Origin: a virus | Taxonomy: Duplodnaviria > Caudoviricetes | Direction: 5' to 3' (one strand) | Length of the DNA: 52,512 bases | Virus record (IMG/VR): IMGVR_UViG_3300021368_000894 | Span: 1 to 52,512 of that record | Shown here: positions 1 through 8,320 of the stretch, piece after piece | Position numbering within the stretch: the first letter of the stretch is position 1 | Layout of the letters: the number at the start of each line of letters is the position of its first letter | Position numbers and translations under genes: made by a program | The notes under the pieces: generated by a model | The model's input: only the letters and a program-made list of their open reading frames with translations | Told to the model about the DNA's origin: nothing | The model's database searches: none

Positions 1-225
1 GCTTTCTACTTCTAACGTATCAGTAGGTTCCTTATCAATAACAACTGGTCTATGTGGAGCAAGGTAGAAACTACCAAGCACATCGCCACCAGCATTCTTG
101 TGAATAATCAAGTGAGCGTTACCACCATTATGGTTATGCTGACAGAGAATTCTTTCACCAGAGTCAATGTTATCTGGTGTTGTGGAAAGTTGGGTTACTT
201 GACCCAAGAGTTTGATTACGTTCAT
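1..225 (-). CDS. Hypothetical phage protein, 3'-truncated by the window edge (not in the ORF track)
   Basis: Manual translation from the ATG at 225 gives MNVIKLLGQVTQLSTTPDNIDSGERILCQHNHNGGNAHLIIHKNAGGDVLGSFYLAPHRPVVIDKEPTDTLEVES, open to base 1. Its start overlaps the upstream stop as ATGA. Confidence 0.8.
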   Translation of the reverse strand, partial: MNVIKLLGQVTQLSTTPDNIDSGERILCQHNHNGGNAHLIIHKNAGGDVLGSFYLAPHRPVVIDKEPTDTLEVES

Positions 226-668
226 CCTATTACGGTAACGGGGGAAGCATAGACATAACCAGTGCCAGCAGTTTGGTTTGGTGCCAATCTTATCTGGATA
301 GTTTCTCCACCAGATTTTGGTTGATCCAGATAAGTTGGAATATTGGGATCGTCATAATCAGTAGAAGTAGATTCTTTTCTGATGTAGATAGTCTCGCCTG
401 CAGCAATAATAACATCATGATAGTTAAAGGTCTCTACATTATTCTGCTGGAAAATACTAAATGGTTCTCCAGTAGCAGGATTAAGAGCCTGAACTACAAC
501 TACTCTGGCACAAACAGGTTTGTCTGATTGATTGTCAATCTTAACTACACTTGCTCGAAGGATTTCTTTTCCATTTAACATTCCTCCTCCATTACCAGAA
601 GGATATCCTGCATCAATATCTGTAGCAGAATCCAACGAAGTAATTTTACCAATTGGTGTGACTAGCAT
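222..668 (-). CDS. Hypothetical phage protein downstream of the terminase small subunit
   Basis: 148-aa ORF with a TAATG overlap with the gp16 stop. GGAG and an ATAAATA motif lie just upstream. Confidence 0.8.
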   Translation of the reverse strand: MLVTPIGKITSLDSATDIDAGYPSGNGGGMLNGKEILRASVVKIDNQSDKPVCARVVVVQALNPATGEPFSIFQQNNVETFNYHDVIIAAGETIYIRKESTSTDYDDPNIPTYLDQPKSGGETIQIRLAPNQTAGTGYVYASPVTVIG

Positions 669-1087
669 TACTCTCCTGATTCTTCACTTTTATTTATTTG
701 TTTCAGCATTTTCTGGAGGTCTGCTGTGCTACCAACAAATAGATTATTAGTAGTATTATTAGTCTCCCTCTTGGTAGGTGCCTCAAGGTTCTTCATCTTC
801 TGCTGAAGATCGATGAGTTTGTCAGTAGCGTCTGCAACCTGCTTCATGGCGTTCACAGCGACTTCATACGCTCTAGGGTGCCCAGACTCCTGTGCTACCT
901 CTAGCGCCCCGTCTAGCGCCTCCTGACCCTTGCTGAGCAATGAGTATAATTGACCACGGGTAAACTCGTAGTCTTTTGTCTGATCGTCCTTCTCTTCTTT
1001 AGGAGGTTTAGGTTTTGATGGTTCAATGTCAGTCGATTCAACTTCGATATCGAAAATGTCTTCCATGTTATCTTCAAACTTGCTCAT
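668..1087 (-). CDS. gp16: Terminase small subunit (T4 gp16-like)
   Basis: Motifs DYEFTRGQLYSL, ESGHPRAYEV and NNLFVGSTADLQKML; follows gp15. Confidence 0.95.
   Translation of the reverse strand: MSKFEDNMEDIFDIEVESTDIEPSKPKPPKEEKDDQTKDYEFTRGQLYSLLSKGQEALDGALEVAQESGHPRAYEVAVNAMKQVADATDKLIDLQQKMKNLEAPTKRETNNTTNNLFVGSTADLQKMLKQINKSEESGE
691..697 (-). promoter_or_regulatory. Putative T4-type late promoter (ATAAATA)
   Basis: The motif is inside the gp16 3' end, about 23 nt before the next ATG. It could be chance in AT-rich coding sequence. Confidence 0.45.
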
Positions 1088-1887
1088 AGTAGTTCAATGC
1101 CTTCATTAAATCCAAAGTCGTCAGTAGATACCAGCAGTGCGTCATCGGCAGCATCGATAACACCATCGTTGTTCTTGTCTTCGAGTGCCTTGGGTGTATA
1201 GGTAACCTTGGTTGTTCTTTGTGGAACAGCAGCGTTGATACCTTCGTATACAATTGCTTTCTTGATGACGCTTGATTGATCGAATGGACCGTAGATGTAA
1301 GACTTAGCAGTAAAAGATAAAGTCCAAGTAATATATCTACGCTCAAGAAAAGAGTCATCCCATGTATCATCATACTGAACACTATTCAATACAATAGCAA
1401 CATCACGCTTCTCATTCATGTCTGGGATCATGTTGAGAGTAATATTAAAGGTTGGTTGGAAGTATGGTAAAATCTGCTCAAGAATCTGAAGTCCGTCGTC
1501 TTGATTTTTAGCGATAATACCAAGTTCAAACTCAATATTATATGGCACAGGAACATACTGCTCCTTTACCTCGGTGCCATCGTCTTGAACAATGGTTCTA
1601 TATTTTTGAATAGGAGATGTTTTACGTTGAGCATCATACCCAATACCAGTCATCTCAAAATAAAGACGTGGTAATGTGATAGCAACTTTACGTGCCACAT
1701 CAGGATTCTGTTCCAGACGTGTTAAGAACTTTGCCTTTGGACCATATGCCAAAGGAACTTTCTCTTCTTCAAGAACAGTAGTTCCATCAGTAGGATCAAC
1801 CTTCTTCAAAGAAATGTTATTGAATAGGGTTCCAAACCCAATAATATTTCTACGAATAATTTCGTTATAAAAATGTGACCCTAACAT
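1084..1887 (-). CDS. gp15: Tail sheath stabiliser / tail completion protein (T4 gp15-like)
   Basis: Motifs HFYNEIIRR..IGFGTLFNNI, VPLAYGPK.KFL and QILEQILPYFQP; gp13-14-15-16 gene order. Confidence 0.95.
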   Translation of the reverse strand: MLGSHFYNEIIRRNIIGFGTLFNNISLKKVDPTDGTTVLEEEKVPLAYGPKAKFLTRLEQNPDVARKVAITLPRLYFEMTGIGYDAQRKTSPIQKYRTIVQDDGTEVKEQYVPVPYNIEFELGIIAKNQDDGLQILEQILPYFQPTFNITLNMIPDMNEKRDVAIVLNSVQYDDTWDDSFLERRYITWTLSFTAKSYIYGPFDQSSVIKKAIVYEGINAAVPQRTTKVTYTPKALEDKNNDGVIDAADDALLVSTDDFGFNEGIELL

Positions 1888-2765
1888 TAGATACTACCTG
1901 TAAAGTTACCTGCTTCACCGAATGGGTTGCCCTCAGTCCAATCAATAATATTGTCAGCGGCATCTTCGATCTCTCGATTTTGATCATACTCGCTGTTGGT
2001 ATTATTTAGAGTATCAAATGTACCTACTGCATATGCAGCACCACTATCATTTCCAGTTAGAGATTCTCCCTCTGTAAATGTACCAGTTCTGTTGATAATC
2101 TGAACAATTCTTGAGGGAGCATCCCAAGACTTGACTTCACCAGTAGCATTACTGGTTCCTCCGGTAACAGTTTCACCGACTTCATAGTTTCCAGTTCCAC
2201 CTGCTACCATAGTAAGAGCGATAGCACTGCTGAATAAAGTTTCTATCTGATCGATATCAGTCATTCCGGTAGAAATATCATCACTACCAACTTCATAGAT
2301 CTCTGCTGTCATTGTATAGAATTGAAGTTTACCAAACTGGTAAAATGGGTTCTCTCTTTCTACAAACTTAATTTCGTAAAGATCTTTAGTTAATGGGAAA
2401 TAAAGTAGATCGCCTTCGTTAGGTCTACCTTGTACAGTAAGATTGTAGTTTACTGACGTTGTGTCCCATCTTCTAGTAGATACTCGGAACTTAACTTCAT
2501 CAGTAATTCTCAATCCAAACTTACTAATAAACTCAGATGTATCTCCAAATCCAGTTACATTTTCTAATAGCATCTCAATTACAAACTGTGTTTGAAACTT
2601 AGAATAGATGATATCATCCAGAGTGTTATCCTTTAGGATAGTTCTTGGCATGTAATAGATATCTGTGCCGAACAATTTAATCTGTTCGTCAACAAGATCC
2701 TGGATGAGATTTTGCTCACCAGTAAAACCTTTATATTGTTGTGGGAAGTAAGGACTAGTAGGCAT
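1887..2765 (-). CDS. gp14: Neck protein (T4 gp14-like)
   Basis: Motifs EQNLIQDLVDEQIKLFG.DIYYMPR, SKFGL, RPNEGDLLYFP and PFYQFGK; C-terminal NPFG. Confidence 0.95.
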   Translation of the reverse strand: MPTSPYFPQQYKGFTGEQNLIQDLVDEQIKLFGTDIYYMPRTILKDNTLDDIIYSKFQTQFVIEMLLENVTGFGDTSEFISKFGLRITDEVKFRVSTRRWDTTSVNYNLTVQGRPNEGDLLYFPLTKDLYEIKFVERENPFYQFGKLQFYTMTAEIYEVGSDDISTGMTDIDQIETLFSSAIALTMVAGGTGNYEVGETVTGGTSNATGEVKSWDAPSRIVQIINRTGTFTEGESLTGNDSGAAYAVGTFDTLNNTNSEYDQNREIEDAADNIIDWTEGNPFGEAGNFTGSI

Positions 2766-2769
2766 ATTC

Positions 2770-3600
2770 TTATCCGATCATGTCCATTGGAGGAAGACTG
2801 TACTTAGACATCATATCTGCTTCTAATTGCATAATTTCTCTATTTCCATCCTCCCAGATCTGACGACCATTAAGAGTGATGCCACCAGGAAGTTGTACAT
2901 TATTGTACTTAATCAAGTTTGCTCCCCATTGTCTTTTGATTAGAGCAGTCGCATATTTTTTGACAAAACTATCGTTATAAACTTGAGTAAAAGTATTTGG
3001 GTCTAGATAGCGATGGCAATCAATAAGAAGATATTGATCTTCAACAATTCGTTTCTTATCAATATCAATATAAAGTCGATCTTGTCTCTTGTTAAATCTA
3101 TATTCAATTAAAGCACCTGTATTGATAATCATATCAATAGTTTCAAAGTGCTGCTTGATCATGAAGTAGTTGGTCAGATCAAAATTACCAAAACTAAATG
3201 CAGAACCTGATGAGAATGAGAACAAGTCCATCAAATAGTATTGGTTGCTCATACCAAACAAGTTGTTCCTCATAAAGTTTGAGGAGACACCAAAGACTTT
3301 GGAAACACCAATAACTGCATCAGGGACTTCGATGTAGTTATTTCTGTTTTCCCATGCATCATTATTAGGAGCAGTAGTATCCTGATCTGATTCGTCAAAA
3401 CGAGTTACATCATCAGCAGTGAATTGATGTTTAAGATACATCCTTTCCACGCCATCAAAATGATATTCATGATAATATTGAATAGCATCATCAATTAGAT
3501 CATCTACCTGATCATCATCCACATTGATCTCTAAGACAGGTGCTCCAAGTCTTCTAAGACAATAATCAGTAAACTCCGCTCTACTTGACGGTTGTGCCAT
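2770..3600 (-). CDS. gp13: Neck protein (T4 gp13-like)
   Basis: Motifs YCLRRLGAPVLEINVDDDQ, YHFDG and KRQWGANL.KY..VQLPGGITLNG; ends with PPMDMIG. Confidence 0.95.
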   Translation of the reverse strand: MAQPSSRAEFTDYCLRRLGAPVLEINVDDDQVDDLIDDAIQYYHEYHFDGVERMYLKHQFTADDVTRFDESDQDTTAPNNDAWENRNNYIEVPDAVIGVSKVFGVSSNFMRNNLFGMSNQYYLMDLFSFSSGSAFSFGNFDLTNYFMIKQHFETIDMIINTGALIEYRFNKRQDRLYIDIDKKRIVEDQYLLIDCHRYLDPNTFTQVYNDSFVKKYATALIKRQWGANLIKYNNVQLPGGITLNGRQIWEDGNREIMQLEADMMSKYSLPPMDMIG

Positions 3601-3621
3601 TACTTCAACCTACTTTTTAAG

Positions 3622-3628
3622 TATTTAT
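3622..3628 (-). promoter_or_regulatory. T4-type late promoter (ATAAATA) for gp13-gp16
   Basis: Intergenic, about 22 nt upstream of the gp13 ATG. Confidence 0.75.
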
Positions 3629-3641
3629 GGAAGTCTAAAAG

Positions 3642-4250
3642 TCAAGTAGATAACTGTTTAATCATTACTCTACATGTGTCAGCTATAGTTACTGCGGCTC
3701 CAGTAACTGTGCTAAGTCTTCTCATTGTAAATCTAAAATCATCGCCACTAGTAAAACTTTCAATTGTATGAAGGTTATATGCAGTTTCTTCAGCGCCACT
3801 GCTGCGACGGATATATCCATCTTCAATTCTAGCTAGTAATGTTCCACTATCTGAGTTTAGACGCATATCTAGTTGACCCGTATATCTATAGTTACTTCCT
3901 GCAGTGCCTCTAAGACAAAACTCAATATTAACTTCATACACTCCTGTTTCGTTTATCGTATAAATGCCACCACTTTCTGAGTAGATAGAATCATTAAAAG
4001 ATGATGCAACATCAATATTACTAATTCTACTAGCAGTGGTGCTGTTAAAGTTTTCATTACCAGTAGGATCTTTATAGATAGCAACTTTCATTGCAGATGA
4101 TCCACCACTAGGAGCATCAACCCAGCTTGTCCCAGTTGCAGTAGAACTTAATAGTTGACCAGAGGTTCCTACATCACCAGAACTATCCGTTAGAGTCCCA
4201 TCTACTTGAAGACTCCCATATACTCTACTTCCACCTTTTAACTTTGCCAT
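3642..4250 (-). CDS. Short fibre with a C-terminal C1q/TNF-like head domain
   Basis: Fibre linker GTSGQLLSSTATGTSW, then YTINETGVYEVNIEF and FTSGDDFRF. Aligns by eye with the three ORFs at 15374-16955. Confidence 0.65.
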   Translation of the reverse strand: MAKLKGGSRVYGSLQVDGTLTDSSGDVGTSGQLLSSTATGTSWVDAPSGGSSAMKVAIYKDPTGNENFNSTTASRISNIDVASSFNDSIYSESGGIYTINETGVYEVNIEFCLRGTAGSNYRYTGQLDMRLNSDSGTLLARIEDGYIRRSSGAEETAYNLHTIESFTSGDDFRFTMRRLSTVTGAAVTIADTCRVMIKQLST

Positions 4251-4269
4251 CAGTATCTTAGTTTTTTAC

Positions 4270-4276
4270 TATTTAT
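4270..4276 (-). promoter_or_regulatory. T4-type late promoter (ATAAATA)
   Basis: In the 27-nt intergenic gap, 20 nt upstream of the ATG at 4250. Confidence 0.7.
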
Positions 4277-4277
4277 T

Positions 4278-7200
4278 TTACGAACCAGAATAGTCTGGAT
4301 TTTGAATAAATGGAGCAAAGTTTTTTACTGAGTTTTGGTAAATATTTTTTATTTCTAAATCATCTAGTTGTCTACTGTACAGTAATACGTTTCCAATTAC
4401 TCCATCAAAATACGCCTCAGCTCCAGACGTGTGTTGTTCTGCTCCAACTTTAACGGTATTAATACCACTGGTACTATATGTGTTTGTTGGACTTAAAAAA
4501 CTAAGATCATTACCAGTTTTAGGTTCTCCATTCACATAACATTTTATATCACCAATAGTTCCCGAACTTGCCATAGAAAAAGCAATCATTTGATATGAGT
4601 TTCTTTCATATCCTTCAGCTTCGATAAGGTTCATTACTGAACTATCAATTTCAACATAACCATTTCCAAGTTCTAGTCTAGCAGCACCTTGACCTGTTAC
4701 TCTAACAGTAAATCTTTCTCCTGATTGGTTTCGACCATATGAAAATAATCTAGCATTAGTAGCATCAGTTTGATTATATTTAAATCCAACTATAATAGTC
4801 CTTGCTGCTGATCCTGTAACACCATTATAAGAAGAACCACTATTAGAACCATCACATGCTCCATATCTAGCAGTGCCATCAAATCCCACACCGCGATATT
4901 TTATATCAGTATTATCAGGAATGAAAAGAACACCAGGAATATTTGGACTAACAGGTCCAGTTGTATCTCTATCTAGATCTTCAATAACAAAAGCATTCCA
5001 TTCTTGTGCTTGAGGTGGAATGATAAGTTTTCTGTCTCCTGATACTGGATACTTGGTTGCTGCATAAAAATATGGATTACTAGAACTAACATCCGCTTCG
5101 TTTGCTCCAGCAGCTAATAGTTTTGCATCTCCTATTGCTACAAGTTTTCCCCAATTTGAAAGAGTTGTTATATCAGTACCTCCTTGAAAAGATTCTGGTT
5201 GTGTTTCACCATCATTACCAAAAATATATGTTGTATTAAGAAAACCTGTTGTAGTTCCAAATAATCTGGATCCTCCAACAATAAGAGTTCCATCCGACCT
5301 ATCAACGTCTAAGGTACTTCCAAAAAAAGTATTAGCAGTACCTGTAGGATTAGAGATCTTATATTCATTTGTTCCATCTAAATCATAACGATAAACTGCT
5401 CCTTTTTTGGAATCATGCCCAGGAGCTCCTACGTATATTTTGCTATTTCCTATAGCAACACAGAATCCAAACTCATCATCACTGGATCCATCGGAAGCAG
5501 TAATTTTAGTTTCTCCAGTTCCATCTACATTGAATACATAAACTGCTCCTTCCGCAGAATTAATGCTACTATCTCCTACTACAATTTTACCATTTGCCAT
5601 AGCACCAGAAACGCCCCATGATGTAGTAATATTAGAATCGGTAGAAGTAATTTTAGTTTGGTATGTTCCATCTAAGTCAAAAACATATGCTGCTTGTCTA
5701 GCAGTAACTAAAATCTTTCCATTATCAATATCTACATCATATCCAAATAATAAATCATCTGCGGAATCTGGGGGAGTGACCCAACTTGAATAATCAATTG
5801 ATTCACCTGAAGCAGTTAAACTAATAATAGTTATTGCTCCTCTATCGTCTCCAACAGATCCAAAAGCTTTATCTTTAGGAGCACCTACAACAACTGTATT
5901 TTCAGCAACGGCAACAGCAAATCCAAACTGATCACCATCTCCCAATCCCTGAAGAGAAGAAAATATAATTTCTCCTGTTCCATCTAAATTATAGATAGAT
6001 ACTTGAGACAATTCGCTAGTCGAAGGACTAGGATTACCAATAACAATTTTTCCACTTCCTATAGAGATAGAATTAGAATATAAAGCATAACCCGCATTGT
6101 AATTTCCATCCAATGATGTTAATGGAAAGAAATGTTCTGAACCTACCGTATTAACAAAATTATAATGAATATTAGTACCAGTAAGAGGGAACTCTTCATA
6201 TGATGGAATTACTGTTTTTTTTATAAGTGTTGTAGGATTATTACCAGAACTAGAAACAGTGCCATTACTAGATATACTGACATCTAAACCATTATTACCT
6301 GCTGAATATAATCTATATTTGGGGTTTCCAAAAAGACTCTTCTGATTTCTAACAAGAATCTCTACACTTTGTCCTACTTGAACTTTTGGATTTGCAGAAC
6401 ATATCAACCAGTAATCATCTCCCGAGCTGGATTGTCCACCTCTACTTCCATTTTTGGTGAAGTTACTATTAATATTTAAATGCCTATTATTACCACTAAG
6501 ATCATCCCATGTAGTTACAGCAGTAGTAACGGTTTGATCTGCTGTGAGTGTTGTTGGATATTCTCTACCCGTTCCCCAAATAATCCTAACGATACCATTT
6601 GCACCATCTCCGCCATCTTGGTTGTCTTTACCGCCACCGCCACCGCCACCATACAATCCTCCATTACCACCATTATCATTTGATGTGGTTTGCCCTTGCC
6701 CACCACCGGAACCGCCACCACCGCCAGTTCCGCCTATTCCGGCAAATCCATTAGTTAATGATGTAGCCGTCACTCCTACACCACCACCGCCACCACCTGC
6801 AGCAGACACCCCGCCGCTGCCACCGCCACCACCGCCACCATTAGTACCAGCACTAGCATTATTGGATCCTCTATCACCACCATCACCGCCATCACCACCA
6901 TAACCAGCAGCACCACCACCGCCACCAGCTCCATTAGTGGAATCTGAAGTAGCTCCACCAGCACCACCATTTGCCGCTCCATATCCTGTCAGCGTGAATA
7001 TTGATGTCCCAACTCCACCAGCACCACCACCGGATTGATTTTCATCAGTTGATGATCCACCTTCTCCACCAGTTGCCTGCGCGTATACCCTCGTAATTCC
7101 TACATCGGATGATATAGAAGAAGTTCCACCAGTAGCACCAATATCACCACCAGCACCACCTGCACCAACTACTACTGAATATTGTTGATATGCTCTTGCA

Positions 7201-8318
7201 CTCAATTTAGCATAAGCAAGTCCACCACCACCGCCACCTGCTCCGGGTTCATCGTCATTAGTAGCGTTTCCACCTCCACCACCGCCACCAACGACAATAG
7301 CAGAAGAATCGGAAACACCTGCAGGCATTGTAAATGTGTAACTTCCTGGAGTTGTGTAGTCAATCTGTCCTTGAGTATCTCCAGTGGTAGTGAAGGTTCC
7401 ATTTATATCAAAATGAAGTTCTAAACCATTTGTAGGAATATCATCAAAAGGCTCTATTTCATCAATGTTTCCTAAAGTAAAAAGAGTTCCAGCTGGATCA
7501 GTTCTTATTGTAGGAGTATTGTCAATTTGTTTTGGTTTAAGTTCAAGAGTAATTGCTGCATATGAATCACTGCCACTACCACCAAATGCTCCTGGATTGA
7601 TGGATCCAGCGGATACATTAGATTGGTAAGCAGCCATTACAGTAGCTCCAGTGGATCCATCGTCACTTTCGGATTCAATCATAGTGAAACCAGTTGGAGC
7701 TGTAACAGGAAATACTTGATCATCATCTAGAAATCCAATAATAACAACAGTCGAACCAGCACTTACTGTTAGTGCTCCTGGATTAGGCATACTAAAATTA
7801 CCAGTAGAAGTTATAAAATTAATACTAGAAGGAGTAAGACATTCAGGATCAACTCCACTAAAAGCAAACTGAATATTTGGAGCTCCAGATATAGTTGTAG
7901 CAGATTGAGAACTATTCCCAACATTATAATACGACAATGCATAGTTTGGATTGTCATTAGTACCTCTATCGATACCTACCCATTTAAGTGGATAATCTAC
8001 CTCATTAATATCATGACAATGTGCATGAAAAACAACATCACCTGACTCTACTGATGCCATTGTTGTTAGAGAGGTGGATCCATCATAATCAGCACTTGAC
8101 CCTAGTGAAATAGTTTCAGTAGAAATAGAAGATATAGATGTTTGTTCATCAATTTCAGTACAAAGAACTTTAGACTCCTTAGTAACTTTAAAGTCACTAA
8201 CGTTTGTATCTCTCTCGTCAAACTCAACCGCACGAAGGTTTCCCGGTGTAGGAAATTGTTCCAAGACAACATCTCCTGGTGGTAACTCCCTTCCTGTTAG
8301 TTTTGCAACGTTTCCCAT
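4278..8318 (-). CDS. Multidomain putative adhesin (glycine-rich domain, FG-GAP-like repeats, LamG/ConA-like lectin domain)
   Basis: Gly-rich block YTTPGSYTF...GGGGGG...GANGIVRIIWG; repeats such as DQFGFAVAV..VVVGAP and DEFGFCVAIG..IYVGAP; C-terminal YFDGVIGNVLLYSRQL..EI..IY. Confidence 0.8.
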   Translation of the reverse strand: MGNVAKLTGRELPPGDVVLEQFPTPGNLRAVEFDERDTNVSDFKVTKESKVLCTEIDEQTSISSISTETISLGSSADYDGSTSLTTMASVESGDVVFHAHCHDINEVDYPLKWVGIDRGTNDNPNYALSYYNVGNSSQSATTISGAPNIQFAFSGVDPECLTPSSINFITSTGNFSMPNPGALTVSAGSTVVIIGFLDDDQVFPVTAPTGFTMIESESDDGSTGATVMAAYQSNVSAGSINPGAFGGSGSDSYAAITLELKPKQIDNTPTIRTDPAGTLFTLGNIDEIEPFDDIPTNGLELHFDINGTFTTTGDTQGQIDYTTPGSYTFTMPAGVSDSSAIVVGGGGGGGNATNDDEPGAGGGGGGLAYAKLSARAYQQYSVVVGAGGAGGDIGATGGTSSISSDVGITRVYAQATGGEGGSSTDENQSGGGAGGVGTSIFTLTGYGAANGGAGGATSDSTNGAGGGGGAAGYGGDGGDGGDRGSNNASAGTNGGGGGGGSGGVSAAGGGGGGVGVTATSLTNGFAGIGGTGGGGGSGGGQGQTTSNDNGGNGGLYGGGGGGGKDNQDGGDGANGIVRIIWGTGREYPTTLTADQTVTTAVTTWDDLSGNNRHLNINSNFTKNGSRGGQSSSGDDYWLICSANPKVQVGQSVEILVRNQKSLFGNPKYRLYSAGNNGLDVSISSNGTVSSSGNNPTTLIKKTVIPSYEEFPLTGTNIHYNFVNTVGSEHFFPLTSLDGNYNAGYALYSNSISIGSGKIVIGNPSPSTSELSQVSIYNLDGTGEIIFSSLQGLGDGDQFGFAVAVAENTVVVGAPKDKAFGSVGDDRGAITIISLTASGESIDYSSWVTPPDSADDLLFGYDVDIDNGKILVTARQAAYVFDLDGTYQTKITSTDSNITTSWGVSGAMANGKIVVGDSSINSAEGAVYVFNVDGTGETKITASDGSSDDEFGFCVAIGNSKIYVGAPGHDSKKGAVYRYDLDGTNEYKISNPTGTANTFFGSTLDVDRSDGTLIVGGSRLFGTTTGFLNTTYIFGNDGETQPESFQGGTDITTLSNWGKLVAIGDAKLLAAGANEADVSSSNPYFYAATKYPVSGDRKLIIPPQAQEWNAFVIEDLDRDTTGPVSPNIPGVLFIPDNTDIKYRGVGFDGTARYGACDGSNSGSSYNGVTGSAARTIIVGFKYNQTDATNARLFSYGRNQSGERFTVRVTGQGAARLELGNGYVEIDSSVMNLIEAEGYERNSYQMIAFSMASSGTIGDIKCYVNGEPKTGNDLSFLSPTNTYSTSGINTVKVGAEQHTSGAEAYFDGVIGNVLLYSRQLDDLEIKNIYQNSVKNFAPFIQNPDYSGS

Positions 8319-8320
8319 AA

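Noticed and set aside
6544-6903. Proline-rich plus-strand ORF
   Set aside because: It is the antisense shadow of GGT/GGC glycine codons in the 1346-aa gene.
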